Part shown: positions 13,817 to 28,800 of the stretch, piece after piece | How the letters are laid out: every line of letters starts with the position of its first letter | Position numbering within the stretch: the first letter of the stretch is position 1 | DNA from: Octopus sinensis | Taxonomy: Eukaryota | Length of the DNA: 64,000 bases | Direction: 5' to 3' | Assembly (NCBI RefSeq): GCF_006345805.1 | Contig: NC_043004.1 | Span: forward strand, 105,090,001-105,154,000 | Made by a program: the position numbers and the translations under genes | Notes under the pieces: generated by a model | The model's database searches: none | Seen by the model: the letters and a program-made list of their open reading frames with translations, nothing else | What the model was told of the DNA's origin: nothing

Positions 13817-16800
13817 ATACATACATACGTATATATACATATCAGGCACGTGCCGTCAGTAATTACTCAGGGTAGGCAGTTAGTGACGTTTATGTAGTAA
13901 AACTCTGAGCACCTTTTCAAACTCCACCCATCTAATACGCGTGGACATATTTACAAAGTCAGAAAACAGCACAGCTCCTTCCATGACTTCGGGAAACACT
14001 TTTTCACGCTGAGAGTTGCTGAAGCATGGAACAAACTGCCGGCATCAGTTGTCGGAGCACTGCATCCTTCAAAACTTCCATGCTTCCTGAAATTCGCCAA
14101 CACTACACTTGATTTTCTCCCCTCCATACACACACAAGCATGTATCTGACTCATACACTGTTCGCTTTCCAGACATTTTTACATTACTGCATATGCTTTA
14201 TATGCACTTTCTGACAAGTTGTGGTGCACCTGAGCACTGTATACAATAATGTCATTATTATTTAAAACACACACAAAAAGAAAGCAAAACACGACTGAGT
14301 TGCAGGCAGAATTACTTCTTTATTTTCTTTATAGCACATAAAGAAAACGTGTGTGTGTGTGTGTATGTTTGTGTCTGTGTTTGTCCCCCAACATCACTTG
14401 ACAACCGATGCTGATGTGTTTACGTCCCTGTAACTTAGCGGTTCGGCAAAAGAGACCGATAGAATAAGTACTATTCTTACAAAGAATAAATCCTGGGGTT
14501 GATTTGCTTGACTAAAGGCGGTGCTCCAGCAAGGCCACAGCCAAATGACTGAAACAAGTAAAAGAGTAATAAACTGAGAGCTTTTATATGGCTAAATTAA
14601 GTCAACACAATGCCTGATTTCTTCATAAATTCTAAAATAGTGTTTTAGTGCTGGATATTATTCTAAACTCATTTACTGACTAAGTAAGTATTATTAGATA
14701 AATAAAGTATACAAAAGAAAATTAGATGTAACAGAGAAAAGTTATATAAATTGTGATTCAAATGAATAAATATTTCTTAGTAACAAGTACAAATCCACCC
14801 AGAGAGAAGTCTTTCTGCTTCATGATTTAACATTTTACTTTTATAAATGAAATGTAAGCCTAATTGTTAAGCAGTGTTAATTCAATTCGTTCTACAATAA
14901 CTGTCAGCCTTGTGTAATAACAAATACCACATAACCTTTTCGCTAGTCAATGTCACTGACTACGTAAAATTAGAATTGCCAGATCAATTTCATGAAAAAT
15001 GTCACAAAATTTTCAAAATAGTAACGGATCATGTTAGAATGTAACCCAAAATAAAAATATTCTCTTTTACTTTTTTACTTGTTTCAGTCATTTGACTGTG
15101 GCCGTACTGGAGCACCGCCTTTAGTCAAGCAAATTGACCCCAGGACTTATTCTTTGTAAGCCTACTACTTATTCTATCGGACTACTAAGTTACGGGGACA
15201 TAAACACACCAGAATTGGTTGTCTAGCGATGTTGGGGGGACAAACACAGACACACGAACATATGCACACATACATATATACATATACATATATACAATGG
15301 GCTTTTTTCAGTTTCCGTCTACCAAATCCACTCACAAGGCTTTAATCGGCCCGAGGCTATAGTAGAAGACACTTGCCCAAGGTGCCACGCAGGGGGACTG
15401 AACACAAATAAGCAAGCTACTTACCACACAGCCACTCCTGCACCTATTGTCAGCAAATTTTTAAAGATATCTTTTATCTTTTACTTTCTTCAGTCATTAA
15501 ACTGTGGCCATGCTACAGCACAGCCTTGAAGGGTTTTAGTTGAACACATCAACACCAGGACTTATTTTTGAGTCTGGTACTTATTCTAATCAGTCACCTT
15601 TTATTGAACTGCTTAGTTATAGGGATGTTAACAAACCAACACTGGTTTTCAAGTGGTGAGTAAAAGGGAGACAAACAGGCACAAATACACATACATATAT
15701 ATATGACAGGCTTCTACACAGTTTCCATCGATCAAATTTACTCATAAAGGTGCTGTGCAGTGGTTGCAAAGCAAGCTTCTTAACCACACAGCCATACCTG
15801 TAAATCAGTTTTATTCTATTCATTCTTTTACTTGTTTCAGTCACTTGACTGCAGCCATGCTGGAGCACCGCCTTTAGTCGAACAAATCAACCCCAGGATT
15901 TATTCTTTGTAAGCCTAATACTTATTCTATTGGTCTCTTTTGCCGGACCGCTTAGTTACAGGGATGTAAATACACCAGCATCGGTTGTCAAGTGATAATA
16001 GGGGGACAAACACAGACATATACACACACAAATTTATACATATTCTTTCAGTTTCTGTCTACCAAATCCACTGACAAGGCTTTGGTCAGCTTGAGGTTAT
16101 AGTAGAAGACACTTGCCCAAGGTACCACATAGTGGGATTGAACCCGGAACCATGTGGTTGGTAAGCAAGATACTTACCACACAGCCACTCCTGCTACTCT
16201 TTTACTTGTTTCAATCATTTGACTTTAGCCATGCTGGAGCACCGCCTTTAGTTGAGCAGGACTTATTCTTTGTAAGCCTAGTACTTATTCTACCGGCCTA
16301 TTTTGCCGAACCGCTAAGTTACAGGGACGTAAACACACCAGCATCAAGGCTTTGGTTGGCCCGAGGCTATAGTAGAAGACACTTGCCCAAGGTGCCACGC
16401 AGTGGGACTGAACCCAGAACCAAGCTATTTACCACACAGCCACTCCTGCGCCTATATGCTAGTTAATAATCTAATACGATATTGGTTTTGAATTTTGATA
16501 CAAGGTGAGACATTTCAGAGAAAGGACTAAATTGATTAGATCAACCTCACAGCTCAACTGGTACTTATTTTTATAGACCGTGAAAGGACGAAAGGCAAAG
16601 TTGACCTCGGCTTTGAACTCAGAACACAAAGATGGATGAAATGCTGCTAATCATTACGCTCAGTGTGCTAATGATTCTGCCAGCTTGCCAACCCAATTTA
16701 ATATATTAAATATGATTCTAACTTTTAAAGTAGCAAGTCACCCAAATTGAAGAATGTACAGCATGCAGTCCTGAAAAGTCGCATAATCTGCAGCTTGCAA

Positions 16801-19800
16801 TTCAATCTGGCAGCCCCACGTAAAACTACGACCATATATAGCAACATTATTTCCAATATGAGTCAAGCTTGCACATTCCACAACCAGCAGAGTTCTAAAA
16901 TCACTGGTACACTACAATTGCTTTATAAAAAATATTTAAAGCCCGGTTTTTAGTGAAGTAACTCGAAGTCTATGCTTACTCTTTACTCTTTTGCTTGTTT
17001 CAGTCATTTGACTGTGGCCATGCTGGAGCTCCGCCTTTAGTCGAGCAAATCTACCCCAGGACTTATTCTTTGTAAGCCTAGTACTTATTCTATCGGTCTC
17101 TTTTTGCGGAACCGCTAAGTTAAAGGGACGTAAACACACCAGCATCGGTCGTCAAGCGATGTTGGGGGGACAAACACAGACACACAAACATATATACACA
17201 TACATATATATATATACATATATACGACAGGCTTCTTTCAGTTTCTATCTACCAAATCCACTCACAAGGCATTGGTCGGCCCGGGGCTATAGCAGAAGAC
17301 ACTTGCCCAAGATGTCATGCAGTGGAACTGAACCCGGAACCATGTGGTTGGTAAGCAGGCTACTTACCACACAGCCACTCCTTACTATAAATATATTTTT
17401 AAAATTTGATTTCTGCAGCCAATGAGGAAGCAATGCAGCAGTTGTGGTTGTATAGTGAGTCCTGATCAAGCAAACTTTTAATTAAAGGTAACTATCTTGT
17501 CTTCCTTTTTCTTTCAGGTGTAGTGTACCTTGGACAACATTATCCAAATTCTTTCTTTCTTTTCTTTTTTTAAATTGTAAGGGGTGATTTGAAGGGGATT
17601 TGGCTGCTATTTCTAGCAGGTCAAGCTACTATATTGAAGCTCCCTAAGATAGCTAAAGTGTAGAGTACAGCAAACTGCTGTGGTTTGAACCAATGACACA
17701 GCCTCTATGTAATCATTTGACCTGCTAGAAATAACAGCCAAATTTCCCTCAAAACACTCAATGCTATCTTTAAAAATTGAAGGACACATTGACTAATGTA
17801 GTCCTACATAAACAATGTCTGAAAAAAATATACACAACAGTCATAGAAAATCTTCAACCTTAGCTGGTCTGTTATTCTTACAGGCACAAGTGTGGTTGTG
17901 TGGTGGAGATGCATGCTTCTCAACAATGTGGTCTTGGGTCTTCAGTTCCACTGCATGGCACCTTGAACAAGTGCATTCTATCAGGCCAGCCAAAGCCTTG
18001 ATTGTGGATTTAGGAGGCAGAAACTGAGAGAAGCCCATCACACACACACACACATGATGGTGGGGTGCATGTGAATATGTGCGTTTGTGTCGTTGTGAGT
18101 GTGTTATGTTACCACCACTTGATAACCAGTGCTGGTTTGTTTATGTCCTTATAACTTAGCAGTTTGGTAAAAGAAACTGACAGAATAAGTTCCAGGCTTA
18201 AAAGTAAGTTCTGGAGCTGATTCATTTGGTTAAACTCTTCAATGTGGTGCTCTAGCATGGCTGCAGTCCAATGACTGAAACAAGTATAAGATGAAAGATA
18301 TCTTTGCTTGATCAGGACAGACATGGAACTATACAACAGCAACAGCAACAACAAGGAGGTGCAATGGCCCAGTGGTTAGGGCAGTGGACTCGCAGTCGGA
18401 GGATCGTAGTTTTGATTCCCAGACCAGGCGTTGTGTGTGTTTATTGAACGAAAACACCTAAAGCTCCATGAGGCTCCGGCAGGGGGTGGTGGCAACCCCT
18501 GTTGTACTCTTTTGCCCCAACTTTCTCTCACTCTTTCTTCCTGTTTCTTGTCCCCGACTTCCTACGCAACCGCTGAGCCTGGATGCGCATTCATCCATCC
18601 GTCGATGCTCTCGGTGTCGGGAGTTGATCTGCTTTCTCTTCTGCGGCTCTTATGAATAGCAAAAGGACCACGTTTTGGACTTCTCCCACTAGCTCTGGGA
18701 CAAAGACCGCTTCGCTCAACAAACAAACAAACAAACAGCAACAACTGTCTTCCCATTCTGGTACCACGTAAAATGCACCCAGTACACTCTGTAAAGTAGT
18801 TGACATAGAAACCATCTCAAAACAGACAATTGGAGCCTGGTGCAGCTCTCTAGCTTACCAGCTTATATCAAACCTTCCAACCCATGCCAGCATGGAAAAC
18901 AGACATTAAATGATGATGAAGATGTCTAGTCAGAAGAAAAGCAATGTCCCTGAACTTCCTTCGGGGCTCTGAGACTGATGGAAGGAAGTGAGGAAAATAT
19001 CCTCAGACCAGAGACCCAGTTGAAATTCTTGTAATAGAGTGGGATTCACTGAAAGATCCAAGGACCAATATGGTGATAAACTGAGTTTCGGTTTAGCTGT
19101 TATCTTTTACTTGTTTCAGTCATTGGACAACAGCCATGTTGGGGCACGGCTTTGAAGAGCCTAGAGAAAACAGTTCAACTCCAGGACTACTGTTTTAAAG
19201 TTTGGAGCTTATTCTATCAGTTACTTTTGCAGAAACCAAGTTACAAGAACATAAACAAAAAAAACACCCATCATCAAATGTAAATGGGAGGGGGATATAC
19301 ACAAAGACACACATATAATGGGTTTCCATCTAACAAATCCACTCACAAGGTATTGATTGACCTAGGGCTACAGGAGAAGACACTTGCCCAAGTGGGACTG
19401 AACCTGAAACCATGTGATCATAAAGTGAGTTTCTTGACTACAAAATCATACCAAATGATTATTCAGTGTGAAAAAATGTTTTGAAGAACATGAGTGATTA
19501 AAACTTACGTTTGGAAGAACAAAGGATGAGGGTGACAACATTGAGTAAAAGACAAAGACCGACATTGATGCTGATGAAGGCCTTGTTGATGTTACAACCA
19601 TTGATACGAGTGTAGTTGTAAAACAACCACACTATACCACCAATGGCAACGAGGTAGAACAAAAGGCCACAAATGATTGTGCCTGAAAAAAGAAACAAGA
19701 AAAAAATATAGAATCAAAATAGCAATTGAAAAAAAAAAAATTATTTCTCAAGTTGTTCACTAATCATCAACCAATTAACAATACACTGCAGAACTCAAAC

Positions 19801-22800
19801 CTGCTGTTGAATTATTTCTGTTTATGAAATGATATCAGTTATAAAAAAAAGTGGTAATTGTCTGCTGATGTTGATGATGATGATGAAGATGATTAGTCTT
19901 AAGTTGGTCTCTAAGAAGCAAAGATATAACCAAAGGTGTTGCAGCTATGGCCAGAATTTTTTTTTTTTTTCTATGCATATATTGTATGTATGAGACTATC
20001 TAATCGAAAGACTTCTTTAGTTTTAAGACAATGAGGTATGATTTGATAGAAATTTGGGTGCAATCTCTAGCATGTTCACTGACCACCTGAAGTGGTATTG
20101 TGATACCTTTTTAGCATAAAGGATAAAACAAAAGTGGACCTGTGCAGCAAAAAATACTAAATCTTTAATTTTACAAATTCACAATCCCCACCTTTCCTAT
20201 TGTGGAACAAAAATAAAAGAAATCTGACAGCAAAAGGACCAAATGATAAGAAATATATGACATAAGATAGCAGGATAAGGATAGGAGGAAACAACAGTCC
20301 CTTGGGAACTAAGGAGATCCTGTTACATATAAAAAGACATCCCAATTAATATGGATAGGAGTAATCCCATAAAACTGTTTCATATTGGTAAAAATTTTCT
20401 ATTTTAGGAAGGGAGAGTGTAACGTTACCGTTATTTAATCCTTTGACATTCAAATAACTCAGTCAAATGTCTGTTTATTCATAGTTTTGAATAAGTCATG
20501 CATTATCTCATAGCTTCAAGATTTCGATATGTTTGTTTGTTTTTAAAATGACATTATAAAATTGGTATAAAAGGCCAGATCTGACTAATTTGAATATAAA
20601 AAAAAGGTAGAATATTGTAGCCTGATAGGGCCAGTTTAAATGCTAATGGGTTAATGTGAATACTTGTGTGTCTCCATACTTACAATTGAAACTAAATGGT
20701 ACAACTTGAAGTAGTCAGGTGACCATAGTAATAACATGTGGACAACTACACAGTATTCTGAACTGTAACTAAAGAAATGAGTTGAATTTAGCTTGGAAAG
20801 TAGCCACCAAATTTTTCATTCTCCTTATATAAGAATTGTGTATATTCCAATCCTTGCAGTTGTAGCAGTGAATATGAAGGTGAAACCAGCTGCCCATTAA
20901 AAGTAAAGCTAGAGAAACATTGTAAGGCTGTATTCTATTGAGAGACAGAAACACCGGAGATTGCTGATAATTTCTGAATGGAAAATTCACCAAACATCAT
21001 GGAACAAAATCAGAATGATAGATAAGAAACAATGATGGAAAATAAAATCACAAAGAATCAGTAAATGTGCTCAGCTTTGATAACCTCTTCAGTAGGCCAA
21101 GCATAGAGGTAACCATTTTAGACAAGCCTTTAATTTAAAATGATATTAAACCTATGATTCTTACAAAAGTTAGTCTTAACCTTCTCGCATTCAGATTACT
21201 CTGTCAAATGTGACGCTTCTCAATTCACATTGTTTTCAATTAATCATGCATTATCTTGTAGCAACAAAATTTTGATGATGTGATTGCTTATTTTTAAAAT
21301 GACATTGACAGGTAGGTGTGAGAAGCAGGATTTGGTTGGTTGAGCATTAAACACGTAGAATATTTTGGTTCAATATGGCCAGTTTAAAACTACTTATTTC
21401 TACAATCTGGTCGTTTTACAGGATAATAGAATAATGAATATAAGCATTAATTGTTAAATGCTGTCATGCATTTGGTGAGCATCAGTTCAGTCTCAGAGAT
21501 CAGGTAATCTATATCTATATATAGAATGTGTGAATGAACTCACAATCAGGAGAATATTGTCAGTATGGACGATTTACCTCAGTGGATTTAATAAAGGGTT
21601 TGGCTTGAAATTTCAAGAACTAGGTACAATAGAAATGCTGAAGCATTGAGACAATAACAACCAAGAAGAGAACAATAATCTGAATATATTTGTGTATAAC
21701 AAATCAATAGTCTAAAGTATAATCAACAAATTCAAATAAAGTGAAACTTGAGAGAAAACTTACCTGCAGCACCACATGTATTTATTTCTCCAGAAGGTTT
21801 ATATGACCTGTAAAAATGGAAAAAGATGAGGTAGAAACCTAATGTAGAAAGTATTTAACTTTAGGAAGTGACTGAGTGAAGTTTAAAAAGGAAACACAGT
21901 AAATAAGTCATCAGAACAACACAACAAGTGATCACTAAATTTCAGTCTTTTGAAATAACAAAAATACCATGCACACAAGCAAGTATGTTGAATATATATA
22001 TATATATATATCATCATCATCATCATTTAATGTCCGTTTTCCATGCTGGTTGGGTTGGATGGTTTGACATGGAGCTGGCCAGTCCAGGAGCTGTCCAGAC
22101 TCCAATTGTCTGTTGTAGCATCTTCCTAGTGCCAACCACTTATCAGAGTGTACTGGATGCTTTTTACAAACCACTGGCACGTATATGTTTACGCAGCACC
22201 AGCACCTGTAAAGGACAAGCCTGTATGGATGGACGACAGTGATTTTACTTAGCTTGGTGTGTCTTCTTATATACTGCAAATTGCTACAATTACCAGTCCT
22301 TTGTCATTTCCTTGGTGAGGACCAGCATCTGAAGTTCGTTTCTCACCACTTTGCCCCACGTCTTTCTGGATCTACCCCTTTCAGGGGTTCCTTCCACAAT
22401 TAGAGCTCGGCACTTCTTTATGCAGCTGTCCTCATACATACACATCACAACCAAACCAGTGTAGTTTTCTCTCTTGCACACATCTGATGCCTCTTGCAGT
22501 CAACAGATGGGATCTAGAGATGCTCAATATAGAAAACATGTAGAAGTGCTCAAATGATTTGAGCACTTCAAAGTCTTTAACAAGGACTATGTCCACACGG
22601 TAAAGAGTGGCTATAAGAAGGATCCAGGCGAGCTGATACAGAGAGAGTGGTGCAGATAAACATGACTAGACTTGGTATGTATCAATATACATACATATAC
22701 CTCTAGTTTCTTCCCCTGGCATGAGATGGAATCTGTTTTCTGTACATCTTCAGTGTTTATAGCCCCTGTGCATCTGCCACACACAAAAATTGTCTTCCTG

Positions 22801-25800
22801 GTTAACCTTCCTTTGATATTGCTGCCCATTTTATGTGTCCATAACTTACACTGGGTACATCATATGAAGTTTCTACCCACACTTTTTCTACAGATCAAGC
22901 AGTGCCATCTACCTGACAGGGTTTGTGATTTGACAGCCTTCCTACTTACTAAGACTTTGGTTTTTGCTGAGATAACCTTAAAGCCCTTTGATTCTAGACC
23001 TTGCTTCCACACCCTAAACTTCGTCTCAAGTTCTGGCAGTGACTCGGCTATTAGAGCAAGGTCATCAGCATAGAGGAGCTCCCAGGGGCAGCCTGTCTTG
23101 AATACCTCTGTTATTGCCTGGAGGACTATAATGAACAAGAAAGGGCTGAGGATTGATCCTTGATGAACCCCTACTTCTACTTGGAATTTTTCACTATACT
23201 CATTGCCAACCCTCACTTTACTGACAGCATCCCTGTACAAGGCTTGTACAGCTCTTACCAACCACTCGTCTATCCCCAGTTTCCGCATTGACCACCAGAT
23301 AAAGGATTGGGGGACTCTGTCAAAGGCTTTCTCCAAGTCAACAAAAGCCAAGTACAGGGGGTTATCTTTGGCTAGATATTTCTCCTGCAGTTGCCTTACC
23401 AGAAATATAGCATCAGTGGTGATTCTATCTGGCACAAAACCAAACTGCATCTCATCTAGACTGACTCTTTCCCTAATTAGTTGGGCTATGACCCTCTCCG
23501 TGACCTTCATTACCTGATCCAGCAATTTGATACCTCTGTAGTTATTTCTATCTAAAGCATCACCTTTACCCTTGTAGCAGTTGACTATGGTGCTGCTACA
23601 CCAGTCATTGGGTATGATTCCTTCATGAACTACCTGATTTACGATGCGGGTGACAAGACCATAACCCACACCACCAGATATTTTAAGCATCTCAGCAGTG
23701 ATTCCTGATGGGCCAGGTGCTTTCCCTGTCTTCATATCCTTAATCGCTTTAAGTACTAGGGTACTGTCAATTCGGGTAGCTGGTCCCTTGATTGGGTCAA
23801 GCTTTAGCAGACTCTCCTCCTCCCATTCATTCTCCGCATTCAGCAGTCTTTCATAATGGCATCTCCAAGCCTCTTTCTTTGCAAAATCATTAACTGCAAG
23901 GGCACCATCATCCATGTGGACACATTTCTCTCCTATGACATTACAGTTTTCTCTCACACACTGTTTTGCAATCTGAAATACTTCAGTTCGTTGGTCCTCA
24001 TGTTGCTAAACATTGGCAAACTTCTTTTCTGCTACTCCCTTGGCTATATACACCTGTCTCCTAGCTTCCCTTTAGGCTATCTGATACATTCTCCTGCTGC
24101 CACCACTCTTCCAAGCCTGTTTCCTTGCTCTAATGGCCCTGTCTACAGTATTGTTCTACCACCATGTTACCCTAGGTCTGGAAGGGACTTTGCACCAGCC
24201 ACAGATTTGGTCTGTGGCACTTAGCAAGCTGTCTCGCAGGAATTCCCAGCTATGTCACAAGACTGTAGCTCCTCCCTATTGTGAAATTTCTCAGTAAGGA
24301 TATCCCTAAACCTCTGACCATGTGAAAGGTTCTTAAGCTTCCAAGTCCTTCTTTTCCAGATTGGTCTGCTTTTTGGCATCCTTCTGGCTTCGAGTCTAAA
24401 GTCACTAATAACTAGTCTATGCTGGGGGGTATAATCTTCACCAGGGAGGGTCTTTGTATTTAAGAGCAACCATGCATCCTGCTGGCTAGCAGAGTCACCC
24501 GATTGACACTTCAAGATGGTGCCCCAGCATGTCCATAGTCCAACGATTGAAAGAAGTATAAAAGATATTTACAGAAATCTAATCACACACAGAATAATAA
24601 TGCAAAAATAATGAATAAATAAATAAAAACAACTACTTGTAACTTACCATTTTATATTCCAGGCATACGTAAAATCTACCAGGAATATAAGTTGAATCAA
24701 AATAAACAAGAATCCACCAGCAATGCCAACATACATCCAGTCTGAAAGATAAACATGAAATTATACATTTGTATGCGTATATGTGGATGTATATATATTA
24801 TCATCATTTCAACATATACTTTTCTGTGTATGCATGCAGGGCCAGATTAAGACCCATTGAGGCCCTAAGTACTAAAAACATTTTGGTACCCTCAAGTATA
24901 TGTAAATGGTTCAAAATGTAAACAAAAATAATTTGAAATGTAAACAATAATAAGCCATAAAATAAATTTTTATTTTTCAGGAAAATAATGTTTATTTTTG
25001 TATGATTCCATTTTAAATATATTTGAAAATTTTTCTCCTTTATTTTTTTTTAATTGCAAAGTGTTCGATGATCTCATTAAAATTAATCTTAGGTAACACA
25101 TCTGCTTCTATACTTAGTAGAGATAAGGCATTATGAATGTTATTTTAGCAAGTTTAAAGTGATTTCTTTTGTGCCGTAAACCATTTTCATTTCTGTGGTG
25201 CCCCCGACCCTTGATGCCTGAAGCATGTGCATATTTTGTTTAATGGGTTAATCCAGCGCTGTTTGCATGGATCAGATAGAGTTTACTGACGCAGACTTTC
25301 TACAGTTAGATGTCAATTCTATTGTTAACTTGTACCAGTTTCCAAATAGGGTAATATTTCCTTATGGCCAGACATGTACCCACAAGATATTGGAAATGAA
25401 TGACACTGCTTGTATGACAGTGACAACACTGCTGGCCACAATGCACTTCTAATTCTTTCTTGATTGCACCTTTATTTTCCTTCTTGGCCCAAATCATTTA
25501 ACTCAGTTGTCTTTCCATCATCATGGAGGCCTTCAGCACGGCCTTTTCCAATCTTTTGGATACCACTTGGAAACTGCATGGATCCACCTGCTGTCTGTGC
25601 ATCTTGCAATATGCCTAGCCTATTCCTTTATGTGCATACATGCATGTGTGGGGCTGCGTGCAAACTTTTATATGCATCTTAGAGCAATGTCAAATATATT
25701 AGTTAATACTTCAAATATTATCCATAAACATTTCCTGTTCATACTCATAGGAATGCCATACACCGACCATCATTTCTGATTTCACTGCAGAAATCAGATA

Positions 25801-28800
25801 TATCCACTCAAAATTTCACTAACCTTAACTGCAGAAAGTAGTTTTATAATACCAATCTATCTTCTGTTGAGGAATGTCATTCTTGAAACTAATTTTTTAT
25901 TGAGACATGTCAAGTTTAGTGAGATAATGTGACTTGTAGAAAATAGCACTTCTATTTTTGGTTGATATTTAACATTATTACAGGAATAACCATGAAATTT
26001 AATTTTGCAGTGAAAAGGTTAATATCTGTGCCACAAACCAGGTTTTTAAATAACTATTAGAAATAAGAGATAAAAAAATGGATATTTATAGTCAACTCAC
26101 ACAAATTAAACTCCCTTGGCAGCATAAAGGCCGTAGCACAGAAGAGACAAAGAATCACAAATTTGAAGAACCAGAATCTGTAAAGTAAAATTGTAATATT
26201 GCACAATTATCTTATTTTTTGATGAGCAAAGCCAATATAGTATATAGCATAAACATGCAGTGTAAACATTCAGATATTGTCATTATCTTTCCATGGAAGC
26301 CATCTACTCGCAATACCAGAGGGTGCACACTCTCCTACCCTGATGTAATCTCCAGGGATACAGGCATCCAGCAACAGGACCTCCGTAATGCCATGATGGA
26401 CCGTGAAGTCTGGCGTAGCATGGTAAATTCCATTGTCTCGACCACGGTTGAACAATGATGATGATGATCTTTCCAAATCCTGCTGCTTTTCACATAGAAT
26501 TTTTGATCCGCCAAAGTTGTTTTGATTTTTGTCAACCTAACATTTTTGGCTGTAAATTTTGGTTTAGAAAATTTGATTTGTATGCTAGAAAGAATATTAT
26601 TGCATTTTTGTTAAAATGTCCTAAAAACACAACAAAAGGAATTATCAGGGATGCAACATTTAACATGCTAAGATCAGTGGCTCTCAACTGAGTTGCATGC
26701 AAGCAAAGCAGTAAACTGGAGATCCACATTTGCAATTTAAGGGCTTTCTTTAGATTTATTTAGTGCAAAAAACAGCTAGGTTTCTTTCTCTAATAAAGTT
26801 CTATATCGTTTCAGCTGATATACCCTCCAGCCTTCATCAGGTGTCTTGGAGAAATTTTGAACCTGGGTTCGCATTCCTAAGGTATTTTATGAATGTTATT
26901 ATTATCATTATTATTATATTATTATTATTTAGGTAATTGCTTGGAATCGAACTTGGAATCTTGAGGTTAGTAGCCTGCCAAGCAATGACCTGAATAATAA
27001 TAATATAATAATAATAACATAATAAAATACCTTAGGAATGAGAACCCAGGTTCAAAATTTCCCTAAGACACCTAATGAAGGGGTGGAGGGTATTTCAGCC
27101 AAAACGTTGTGTTAACAACAAACAAGATGAGGACAAATATCCGTCAAATATAAATAATGTAAATAATGGTCTTTCTCTAACATTTTAGATAGTTTAACAT
27201 GTTTTTGACCACTGAAACATGTTCACTCAGAGATTACTATTGCAGACTATGCAAGTGAAGATGTGAAAATGGGAATTTTGAAAGAAGTATCTATAAAACT
27301 TGTTTTTAAACAAGAATAAAATAGTAATCAAAGCGGTCCAGAAATTTAAAAAAAATGGTTGAAAAACACTGTGCCAGATAATATTCATAATGTGGAAGCA
27401 CTCCGTCGGTTACGACGACGAGGGTTCCGGTTGATCCGAATCAACGGAATAGCCTGCTCATGAAATTAACGTGTAAGTGGCTGAGCACTCCACAGACACG
27501 TGTACCCTTAACGTAGTTCTCGGGGATATTCAGCATGACACAGAGAGTGACAAGGCCAGCCCTTTGAAATACAGGTACAACAGAAACAGGAAGAAAGAGT
27601 GAGAGAAAGTTGTGGTGAAAGAGTACAGCAGGGATCACCACCATCCCCTGCCGGAGCCTCGTGGAGCTTTAGGTATTTTCACTCAATAAACACTCACAAC
27701 GCCCGGTCTGGGAATCGAAACCGCGATTCTATGACCGCGAGTCCGCTGCCCTAACCACTGGGCCATTGCGCCTCCACAATATTCATAATAATTGTATGTG
27801 ATATGTTTGATGTCACCAAATGTAAGTAGAAGTTACATGTAGAAAATCGAAAAGGCTGCATTTGGAGAAAAGTTGCAAAAGGATAACTGTTGCATAGTTG
27901 TTAAATTTCAAGATATTTGAAATAAACTGACAGAAGATGATTGATACTTATCATGGCTTTTATTTAACCATTATGAGGTTTATCAAAACTGTGACAAGTT
28001 GTAAACAGATTACAAATATTAGTCCATTAATAGAGAATTTATGATTGTTGTTGTAGAAGTCTTACAACTAAGTTATGTGAAGGAAAAAGAGAAACAAATG
28101 TTAACTCTCTGAAAGTTGCTGATGGAAAGAGACTGTCTTAAGGAGAGAGTAAGAGAGATGTTATTTCCTTACAATTGCTAGGTAAAGAAAGTAAAAGAGA
28201 TAATCCAGTGCCCTACTCACTTGGCCCCTTTTCATTTCTGCACTGAACTACAAACTAATGGAATGATAGGCTGTATTATGTTTCATCTAGAAACACTTTC
28301 ATATAATTTCAGTGCAACTGTTTTTAACCCAGGAAATGTAAGCCAAGTGCCAAATTATTTTGTAGCCAATCGTGTCACTTGGATTTGACTGAGTAGAATT
28401 AATATCTTCCAATTGAAATTACAATAAGAGGTCTCAATGAGCTGGTACTTGAGTGCAAGTTTATTTACATGACATGACATCAAGATATGAAGTAGAACTA
28501 GGTGTATAATCTGACACGTAATTCTGGCTCAGAAAACAGAGCATTAAGTACACAATCAAAAATATACAAGAGGTTTGAGCTGTTAGTTCAATACATTATC
28601 CATTTTGGCGGCGGTGGTCACCGTTGTTTAATGTCCGCTTTCCATGCTGGCATTGGTTGGATGGTTTGGCTCCAATCTGATCTGGCAAGGTTTCTACAGC
28701 TGGATGCCCCTCCTAATGCCAACCACTCCAAGAGTGTAGTGGGTACCTTTTGTGTGCCACCAGAACGAGGGCCAGTCAGGCGGTACTGGCATCGAACATG

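Noticed and set aside
16113-17425. Recurrent short ORFs such as [18 protein letters not shown], or [12 protein letters not shown] elsewhere, that look like a paralogous peptide family
   Set aside because: They are translations of SINE and RTE-tail copies.
27690-27777. tRNA-like sequences with A and B boxes (also 4148, 18356, 46869, 62925, 63166)
   Set aside because: SINE heads: no complete acceptor stem, and they continue into SINE bodies, some with TSDs.
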